Origin: Sphingobacteriaceae bacterium | GTDB lineage: Bacteria; Bacteroidota; Bacteroidia; UBA7662 | Length of the DNA: 64,000 bases | Direction of reading: 5' to 3' | Assembly (NCBI GenBank): GCA_013824115.1 | Contig: PNNG01000027.1 | Span: 20,425 to 84,424, forward strand | In this document: positions 56,740 through 64,000 of the stretch, one piece after another | Numbering within the stretch: position 1 is the first letter of the stretch | How the letters are laid out: each line of letters opens with the position of its first letter | Notes under the pieces: generated by a model | What the model was told of the DNA's origin: nothing | Databases searched by the model: none | Seen by the model: only the letters and a program-made list of their open reading frames with translations | Translations under genes and position numbers: made by a program

Positions 56740-57477
56740 TTGAACGATTCGCTGGTAATCATACCTACTTACAACGAAAAAGAAAATGCCGAAGCCATCA
56801 TTCGGAAGGTATTCTCATTGAATTTTCCTTTCGACGTGCTTATTGTAGACGATAACTCACCCGATGGCACCCAAGAAATAGTAAAAGGGCTGATTCAGGA
56901 ATTTCCCAACCAGCTGCATTTGCTCGCTCGTGCTGGTAAGCAAGGTTTGGGGACGGCATACATCGCGGGTTTTGGTTGGGCACTCGAGCGCAAGTATGAG
57001 TACGTTTTCGAAATGGATGCCGATTTTTCACACAATCCAGAAGACTTGGTGCGCTTGCGTCAAGCCTGCGTAGATGGGGCCGATGTAGCAATCGGTTCTC
57101 GTTACGTAACCGGAGTGAATGTGGTGAATTGGCCCATGAGCAGGGTAATTCTGTCGTATTTTGCTTCTAAATACGTTAAAATCATTACCAGCATGCCCAT
57201 AAACGATGCCACTGCAGGTTTCAAATGCTACCGTCGCAAAGTGCTCGAAACCATTCGTTTCGACCGCATCAAGTTTGTGGGATACGCTTTTCAGATTGAA
57301 ATGAAATTCAAATCCTGGTTTTTTGGTTTCAAGCTGGTGGAAGTCCCCATCATTTTCACCGATCGCACTTTGGGTCAAAGCAAAATGTCGAAAGGAATTG
57401 TTAAAGAAGCAGCCTTAGGCGTGATTCAACTCAAATGGTGGAGTATGTTTCGAGCCAAACGCGGCTACCATCAGTAA
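56740..57477 (+). CDS. Polyprenol monophosphomannose synthase (DPM1-like GT2)
   Basis: VIIPTYNE, VDDNSPDGT, GLGTAY, EMDADFSH and DRTLGQSKM; TTG start inferred. Confidence 0.9.
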   Translation: MNDSLVIIPTYNEKENAEAIIRKVFSLNFPFDVLIVDDNSPDGTQEIVKGLIQEFPNQLHLLARAGKQGLGTAYIAGFGWALERKYEYVFEMDADFSHNPEDLVRLRQACVDGADVAIGSRYVTGVNVVNWPMSRVILSYFASKYVKIITSMPINDATAGFKCYRRKVLETIRFDRIKFVGYAFQIEMKFKSWFFGFKLVEVPIIFTDRTLGQSKMSKGIVKEAALGVIQLKWWSMFRAKRGYHQ

Positions 57478-58550
57478 TGAAAAAGTCTGCTTATATGTAC
57501 TTGCTGCTGCTGGCAGCGGGATTGGTTTTTGCCTTTTGGGCTTGGAAACATTTTTCGAACACCGAGAATTCATCCGCTGCTTTGGCAGGTGCGCCTAAGC
57601 CGGGTGGAGGTCCGGTAACGGTGAAGGTTCAGGTGATGCAGCCCGAGCCCTATTCTCAACAAATTCGTTTGAGTGGTTCGCTGGTGGCTGGCGAGTCGGT
57701 ACAGCTGGTTACCGAAAGTGCGGGTAAGGTGGTGTTTCTTGATTTGAAGGAAGGGCAATCGGTTAGCAAAGGACAATTGCTTTTGCGTCTCAATAACGAT
57801 GACCTGCAGGCACAACTTCGCAAACAGGAAGTTTTGTTGATAGAGCTGAAGCAGCGTGAGATGCGCCAGGCTGCCTTGTTAGATCAAAAGGGAATCAGCG
57901 AACAGGAATATGAAAGAGTAGCCACCGAACTTGCCTCTTTGGAAGCAGATGTGGCCATTACCAAAGCCCAAATAGCCAAAACCGAAATAAGGGCGCCATT
58001 TAGTGGTCGAGTGGGCATTCGCTACATCAGTGAAGGGGCTTATGTGAGTCCCAATACCCGCATTGCCGATTTGGTTGACGACCGCAATATGTATGTAGAT
58101 TTTGGTATCCCCGAGAAATACGCCAGTCGCATACGCAACGGACTTTCCTTAAATGTGCTGGTAAGCCAGCATCCCGACACTTTTGCTGCCAGAGTGAAGG
58201 CTCTGGAGCCACGCATCGATCGTACAACACGCAGTCAAATGGCGAGGGCCGAATTATCGAATGCGTCGGGCAAACTTGTTGCTGGAAGCTTTGCCCGTGT
58301 ATTGCTCGAGCTCAATCGCATTGAAAATGCTTTGCTGCTGAATAGCACGGCAGTGGTACCCGAATTGAATGCCAAAAAAGTATTCGTTATCAGAAATGGG
58401 GTGGCAGAGCCGGTGGAGATAACCACTCTTGACCGCGATGCCAACCGGGTTTTGGTCGATTCGGGCCTTTCGGCAGGTGATACAGTAGTGGTATCGGGAA
58501 TTTTAAAGTTACGTCCGGGTAGCGTGGTGAAGATATTGGAGGTGCAGTAA
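57477..58550 (+). CDS. RND efflux periplasmic adaptor subunit
   Basis: N-terminal TM helix, lipoyl/coiled-coil hairpin and IRAPFSG. Confidence 0.9.
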   Translation: MKKSAYMYLLLLAAGLVFAFWAWKHFSNTENSSAALAGAPKPGGGPVTVKVQVMQPEPYSQQIRLSGSLVAGESVQLVTESAGKVVFLDLKEGQSVSKGQLLLRLNNDDLQAQLRKQEVLLIELKQREMRQAALLDQKGISEQEYERVATELASLEADVAITKAQIAKTEIRAPFSGRVGIRYISEGAYVSPNTRIADLVDDRNMYVDFGIPEKYASRIRNGLSLNVLVSQHPDTFAARVKALEPRIDRTTRSQMARAELSNASGKLVAGSFARVLLELNRIENALLLNSTAVVPELNAKKVFVIRNGVAEPVEITTLDRDANRVLVDSGLSAGDTVVVSGILKLRPGSVVKILEVQ

Positions 58551-58551
58551 G

Positions 58552-61500
58552 ATGAGTTTGTCTACCGTATCCATCCAAAGACCGGTGCTAACCATTGTAT
58601 TTTCTTTGGTGATTTTGCTACTGGGTTTCATAGGCTTCACCTATTTGGGAGTGCGAGAATATCCGGCAGTGGAAACCCCCATTATTACTGTAACTACCAA
58701 TTACACAGGTGCCAATGCCGACATTGTTGAATCGCAGGTAACTGAGCCTTTGGAAGAATCGCTCAATGGCATTGCAGGTATCCGTTCTTTGACTTCGGTG
58801 AGTCGCGATGGCCGTTCGACCATTACCGTTGAATTTGAGTTGGAAGTCGGTTTGGAAGCGGCTGCCAACGACGTCCGCGACCGTGTTTCACGTGCCATAG
58901 CCAACATTCCAGTAGATGCCGATCCGCCAACAGTGGCCAAGTCGGAAGCCGATGCCAATCCCATTCTTTTCCTCAACATCAAAAGCAACAGCCGTAATTT
59001 GCTCGACTTATCGGACATTGCCGAAAGGGTGTTCAAAGAGCGCTTGCAAACCATAGCTGGGGTAAGTGAAGTGCGTATTTGGGGGCAAAAAAAGTACTCC
59101 ATGCGGCTTTGGTTGAACCCCGATAAACTACAGGCCTACCAGCTTACCCCGCTCGATGTGCGCAATGCACTCTTGGCCGAAAATGTAGAATTGCCCAGCG
59201 GAGCCATAGAAGGCGCCGAATTGGAACTCACTGTCCGTACCTCGGGCAGGCTCACGGGTATCGAAGAGTTTGATAATCTCATTTTGGCCAGTAGGGGCGA
59301 CGACCTCATACGTTTGCGTGATGTGGGTGAAGCCCGCTTGGAAGCAGAAAACCTACGCACCTTGCTCCGCCGCGATGGGGTGCCGATGGTAGGAACGGTT
59401 ATCATTCCTCAGCCCAATAGCAACTACATCGAAATCGCCGATGAGTTTTACAAAAGGGTTGACGAAATCAAACGTAACCTGCCTGAAGACATAGAGCTAC
59501 AAATTGGGTTCGATACCACCCAATACATCCGCAATTCCATCAAGGAGGTGCAGGAGACCATTTATATGGCCTTTTTCCTGGTTGTGGCCATTATTTTCCT
59601 CTTTTTGAGGAACTGGCGTACTACCATCATACCAGTGCTGGTTATTCCTATTTCGCTGGTAGGCAGCTTTTTCGCCATGTATCTGTTGGGCTATTCCATC
59701 AATGTGCTTACTCTTTTGGGAATTGTGCTTGCTATTGGCTTGGTGGTTGACGATGCCATTGTGGTGCTCGAAAATATTTACTCCAAAATTGAGGCTGGTA
59801 TGTCGCCCAAAGAAGCCGCCATCAAAGGCTCTGGCGAAATCTTTTTTGCAGTAATTGCCACCACCATCACTTTGGTGGCGGTATTTCTGCCTATTATTTT
59901 TCTGCAAGGCATCACCGGTAAACTATTCACCGAGTTTGGCTTGGTGATCTCGGCGGCAGTCATTATTTCGTCTTTCGTGGCATTAACGCTTACACCCATG
60001 CTATCGGCCCGATTGCTCAAAAAAAGCAAAGGCCAAAGCGCCTTATGGTTGTGGAGCGAGGGGCTTTTTAACAAGCTCAATGGCGCTTACGAAGGCAGCC
60101 TGCGCAGCATGATGCGCCATAGGAAATGGGCTTGGTTTGCACTCATCTTGTCGGTAGGTTTGGTTTACGTGGTGGGCAAGCAGCTGCCATCGGAGTTGGC
60201 GCCCCTCGAAGACCGTTCCGATTTACGCGTATTTGCCACGGCACAGGAGGGAGCCACCTTTGAGTTTATGGATACTTATATGAACGAACTTTTAGAATTC
60301 GTTCGTGAAAAGGTGCCGGAAGCAGAAAGCATCATTACCGTTACCTCGCCGGGTTTTGGTGCTTCCTCATCTACTAACTCGGGTTTTACGCGCATCATTT
60401 TGCGCAAACCATCGGAGCGAGATAGTAGCCAAATGCAGGTGGCCGACCGCCTCACACCCATTGTAAACCAATTACCCGAAGCACGTGCCTTTGTTTTTCA
60501 GCAACAAACCTTCGGTGCCCGAAACGCAGGATTACCTGTGCAATACGTTCTACAGGCGCCCAATTTTGAGCGATTGAAGGAGATTTTGCCTCTTTTTTTG
60601 GCTAAGGCCATGCAAGACCCCACTTTTAGCTTTGTGGATGTAAACCTCAAATTCAACAAGCCTGAAATCAACCTGCAAATCGACCGCACCAAGGCACGCA
60701 ACCTCGGGGTTTCGGTGCTCGATATTGCACAAACGTTGCAGTTCGGATTAAGCGGACAGCGTTTTGGCTATTTCATCCTCGATGGCAAGCAATACCAGGT
60801 CATTGGACAACTGGCGCGCGAAAACCGCAATGATCCAACCGATTTGAAGTCGCTATACGTGCGCAACAACGCAGGTGAAATGATTCAACTCGACAACCTG
60901 GTGAGTCTGCGTGAAGAAACATCGCCCTTGCAACGCTTTCGCTTCAATCGCTATGTGTCGGCTACGGTTTCAGCCAATTTGAGTCCAGGCCAAACCATTG
61001 GCCAAGGCCTCGATGCCATGGATGCCATTGCGGCTGAAGTATTGCCCGACGATTTCCGCACGGCAGTGGATGGTCCATCTAAAGAATTCCGCGAATCGAG
61101 TTCAAGCCTGATGTTTGCCTTTTTGTTGGCCATTGTGCTCATTTACCTGGTGCTATCGGCGCAATTCGAAAGCTTCCGTGATCCTTTGGTGATTATGCTC
61201 ACTGTACCGCTTTCATTGGCGGGTGCCATTGTATCGTTGTACCTCTTTGGACAAACATTGAATATCTTTAGTCAGATAGGCATCATCATGCTCATTGGCT
61301 TGGTAACCAAAAACGGCATTCTCATCGTTGAATTTGCCAATCAACGCAAGGAGGCAGGTTTGATGAAGAATGAAGCCATTGTTGATGCAGCTGTATCGCG
61401 ATTCAGGCCCATTCTCATGACCGCCTTGTCTACCATATTAGGTATCTTGCCTATTGCGCTGGCTTTGGGTGAAGGTTCCGAAAGCCGGGTGCCCATGGGC

Positions 61501-61611
61501 ATTGCCGTGGTGGGAGGGATGCTCGTTGGTACCTTGCTCACGCTTTACATCATTCCGGCCATGTACGGCTATATCTCAAAAGAAACACCTCAGGAGGAAG
61601 GCCATGCTTAA
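58552..61611 (+). CDS. RND efflux permease (AcrB/AcrD/AcrF family)
   Basis: GLVVDDAIVVLENI, KNGILIVEFA and RFRPILMT; 1019 aa. Confidence 0.95.
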   Translation: MSLSTVSIQRPVLTIVFSLVILLLGFIGFTYLGVREYPAVETPIITVTTNYTGANADIVESQVTEPLEESLNGIAGIRSLTSVSRDGRSTITVEFELEVGLEAAANDVRDRVSRAIANIPVDADPPTVAKSEADANPILFLNIKSNSRNLLDLSDIAERVFKERLQTIAGVSEVRIWGQKKYSMRLWLNPDKLQAYQLTPLDVRNALLAENVELPSGAIEGAELELTVRTSGRLTGIEEFDNLILASRGDDLIRLRDVGEARLEAENLRTLLRRDGVPMVGTVIIPQPNSNYIEIADEFYKRVDEIKRNLPEDIELQIGFDTTQYIRNSIKEVQETIYMAFFLVVAIIFLFLRNWRTTIIPVLVIPISLVGSFFAMYLLGYSINVLTLLGIVLAIGLVVDDAIVVLENIYSKIEAGMSPKEAAIKGSGEIFFAVIATTITLVAVFLPIIFLQGITGKLFTEFGLVISAAVIISSFVALTLTPMLSARLLKKSKGQSALWLWSEGLFNKLNGAYEGSLRSMMRHRKWAWFALILSVGLVYVVGKQLPSELAPLEDRSDLRVFATAQEGATFEFMDTYMNELLEFVREKVPEAESIITVTSPGFGASSSTNSGFTRIILRKPSERDSSQMQVADRLTPIVNQLPEARAFVFQQQTFGARNAGLPVQYVLQAPNFERLKEILPLFLAKAMQDPTFSFVDVNLKFNKPEINLQIDRTKARNLGVSVLDIAQTLQFGLSGQRFGYFILDGKQYQVIGQLARENRNDPTDLKSLYVRNNAGEMIQLDNLVSLREETSPLQRFRFNRYVSATVSANLSPGQTIGQGLDAMDAIAAEVLPDDFRTAVDGPSKEFRESSSSLMFAFLLAIVLIYLVLSAQFESFRDPLVIMLTVPLSLAGAIVSLYLFGQTLNIFSQIGIIMLIGLVTKNGILIVEFANQRKEAGLMKNEAIVDAAVSRFRPILMTALSTILGILPIALALGEGSESRVPMGIAVVGGMLVGTLLTLYIIPAMYGYISKETPQEEGHA

Positions 61612-62905
61612 GTTCATTTGCTTAGGAATCGGGCTGTTTGTTGTTCAAAACACCTTGGCGCAAGCTCCGCTCACTCTGCGTGAAGCCATTGAAACAGCCT
61701 TGTCGAGCAATTTGGATATCCGCTTGGCTCGCAATGAGGCCCAGATAGCCAAGAACAACGCCCAGCCCGGCGCTGCAGGTATGTTGCCCACGGTGCAGGC
61801 TACACTCGATCCGAGCTTATCGCGCAACAACATCCGCCAGGAATTCATCAACGGCAATACTTTGGTAAATCCAAATGCCGGACAGCAGTCGCTTAATGCC
61901 AATTTGCTCCTTAATTGGACACTATTCGACGGAACAGCCATGTTTACCAACTTCAAACGCCTGAATAAGTTTGAAGAGATGGGAGCTTTAGAGGCCCGAG
62001 CAGCCATAGAACAAGTGATGAGCGATGTAATGCTGGCTTATTACGAAACCCGTCAAAGCCTTACTCAGCTAGCTGCTGCCGAAAAGAACCTTGAATTGAG
62101 CCGCGAACGCATGCAATTGGTAGCGTCGAGGAGCGCTTTGGGCAGTGCATCGGGACAGGAGTTGCTTCAGGCAAGGGTAGATTTTAATGCCGACCAAAGC
62201 CTGTTATTACGCCAACAGCAAAACTTGTTGCAAGCCAAAATCCGCCTAAATCAGCTGCTTAACCGCGGTGCCGATACCGATTGGATTCCGGTAGATAGTT
62301 TCCCTCCAATGCCAATAATGGATCTTGCCAACTTGCGCAAGCAGGCTGTAGAAAACAATACCTGGCTGGAGTTAGCCGCCTTGCAAACAGAGATAGCTGG
62401 TTTAGATGCCCGTCTTTCTCGCAATGCCATGCTGCCACGTGTTGAGTTGGTATCGGGTTACCACATCAATCGCTTGCAGTCGGAAGCCGGCTTTTTGGCC
62501 AGTAACCAAAACCGAGGTCTCGATTTAGGATTGCGGGCAGGCATTACGGTGTTCGACGGAGGCAGGTTAAATCGCGCACGAAAAAATGCCGACCTGATGC
62601 AAGCCAATGCCATGCTATTGGAGGAACGCGAAAAGCAGGCCATGGATGCATTGTTACTATCTACCTATGTGGCCTATGAAAACAACCGCAAGTTGGTGCA
62701 AATGGAAGCTGAGAATGTGCTTGTGGCACAACAAAATGTGAGTATTGCCCGAGAGGCTTATCGGCTTGGAAGCATCAGCGCCTTGGCTCTGCGCGAAGCA
62801 CAGCAGCAATTGTTGGTTGCCGAAAGCAGGTGGATGGATGCACAGTTTGCATCTACTTTACATTACACTACTTTGGAGCGGTTAAGCGGACAACTTTTGC
62901 GTTAG
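61604..62905 (+). CDS. TolC family outer membrane efflux protein
   Basis: [20 protein letters not shown] and AYRLG..S repeats; third gene of the RND operon. Confidence 0.9.
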   Translation: MLKFICLGIGLFVVQNTLAQAPLTLREAIETALSSNLDIRLARNEAQIAKNNAQPGAAGMLPTVQATLDPSLSRNNIRQEFINGNTLVNPNAGQQSLNANLLLNWTLFDGTAMFTNFKRLNKFEEMGALEARAAIEQVMSDVMLAYYETRQSLTQLAAAEKNLELSRERMQLVASRSALGSASGQELLQARVDFNADQSLLLRQQQNLLQAKIRLNQLLNRGADTDWIPVDSFPPMPIMDLANLRKQAVENNTWLELAALQTEIAGLDARLSRNAMLPRVELVSGYHINRLQSEAGFLASNQNRGLDLGLRAGITVFDGGRLNRARKNADLMQANAMLLEEREKQAMDALLLSTYVAYENNRKLVQMEAENVLVAQQNVSIAREAYRLGSISALALREAQQQLLVAESRWMDAQFASTLHYTTLERLSGQLLR

Positions 62906-63234
62906 CAGCAGTTTTGGTCGGCCGGTTGAATTTGATGTAAAAAGACAGAAAAGTGGCTTTGGAGCATTTGCCAACCTGCTGCTGAAATGCAATAGCAAAC
63001 GCTGGTTCCCGAAATTTCGCCTTGGATGATGCCGGCTTCTTTGAGAGCTTTGAGGTGCTGGCTAACTGTGGCTTGTGCCAAGGGCAATTCGTCCACAATA
63101 TCGCCGCAAACACAACTGTTTTGCCGCATAAGATATTGCAAAATGGCTATGCGGGCAGGATGTGCCAATGCCTTGGCCCAATTGGCCAAAAGGTTTTGCT
63201 CTTCGGTAAATGCGGTGGTTTTGCTCTTGCCCAT
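62902..63234 (-). CDS. ArsR/SmtB family transcriptional regulator
   Basis: [33 protein letters not shown] and C-terminal CC. Confidence 0.92.
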   Translation of the reverse strand: MGKSKTTAFTEEQNLLANWAKALAHPARIAILQYLMRQNSCVCGDIVDELPLAQATVSQHLKALKEAGIIQGEISGTSVCYCISAAGWQMLQSHFSVFLHQIQPADQNCC

Positions 63235-63320
63235 GGATGAACTTATTGGCAAAAGTAGGTCATTTCGGCGAAATGCGGTTGAACCATGGCTTCAGCTGCT
63301 GAAATGCTTAGTTTTGTGTC

Positions 63321-64000
63321 ATGCAATTCAATCCGCTCCAAGGCGAAAATCCCGCCAACCAGTTTTTCCTCCTCGCAGGTCCTTGTGTAGTTGAATCTGA
63401 AAGCCTCTGCATGGAGGTGGCCGAAAAAGTGATGAAAGTCACCGAGCGTTTGAAAATCCCCTATGTTTTTAAGGCCAGTTACCGCAAAGCCAACCGCTCC
63501 AGTATCCATTCGTTTACGGGTATTGGCGACGAAAAAGCACTGGAAGTATTGGCCAAGGTGCGTGAAAAATTGGGCATTCCGGTGGTTACCGACATCCATG
63601 CTGCCTATGAGGCCGCCATGGCCGCTCCCTATGTGGATGTGCTGCAAATCCCAGCTTTTTTATGCCGCCAAACCGACATTCTACAAGCTGCAGCGGCTAC
63701 AGGCAAATGGGTGAATATCAAAAAAGGGCAGTTTTTAGCACCTGCATCGATGCGTTTTGCGGTGGAGAAGGTTCGTGAAAGCGGTAATCCAAATGTGATG
63801 GTAACCGACCGTGGTAGCATGTTCGGCTATGGCGATTTGGTAGTTGACTTCCGGGGTGTTCCTGAGATGCAGGCCTTTGGTACACCAGTAGTGGTTGATA
63901 TCACGCACAGTTTACAGCAGCCGAATCAGGGCAGCACCACGGGTGGTAGGCCCGAAATGATTGGTACTATTGCCAAAGCGGCCATTGCAGTAGGGGCAAA
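63321..64000 (+). CDS. kdsA: 3-deoxy-8-phosphooctulonate (KDO8P) synthase, 3'-truncated by window; not in ORF track
   Basis: Manual translation: MQFNPLQGENPANQFFLLAGPCVVES...FKASYRKANRSS...QIPAFLCRQTD...NIKKGQF. Confidence 0.93.
   Translation, partial: MQFNPLQGENPANQFFLLAGPCVVESESLCMEVAEKVMKVTERLKIPYVFKASYRKANRSSIHSFTGIGDEKALEVLAKVREKLGIPVVTDIHAAYEAAMAAPYVDVLQIPAFLCRQTDILQAAAATGKWVNIKKGQFLAPASMRFAVEKVRESGNPNVMVTDRGSMFGYGDLVVDFRGVPEMQAFGTPVVVDITHSLQQPNQGSTTGGRPEMIGTIAKAAIAVGA

Overview
Gene-dense chromosomal region of a Bacteroidota bacterium, judged from the TAnnTTTG promoters, T9SS C-terminal sorting domains and the parA-parB-DUF5683-dapB and aroQ/xerD arrangements. Most of it is housekeeping: rnr, rplU-rpmA, fsa, SRP RNA, hutU, guaA, ftcD, tRNA-His, ssb, xerD, parAB, dapB, ruvB, an RND efflux pump and partial kdsA. 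Three small accessory patches are embedded: an AT-rich orphan gene (17.8-18.4 kb), a RelE/ParE toxin-antitoxin pair with a REP-like palindrome cluster (20.4-21.3 kb), and an AT-rich 1263-aa Mrr-like nuclease + STAND-type NTPase that is a candidate anti-phage protein (24.1-27.9 kb). The other main leads are a T9SS-tagged heme-c/copper-monooxygenase with a redoxin partner, a Zn-ribbon gene and tail-less ssb separated by a 10-bp-periodic repeat array, an unlisted 55-aa lipoprotein ORF overlapping guaA, sbtAB in an apparent heterotroph, and many promoters placed for leaderless mRNAs. All calls come from motif reading by eye; no searches were run and base composition was not computed.
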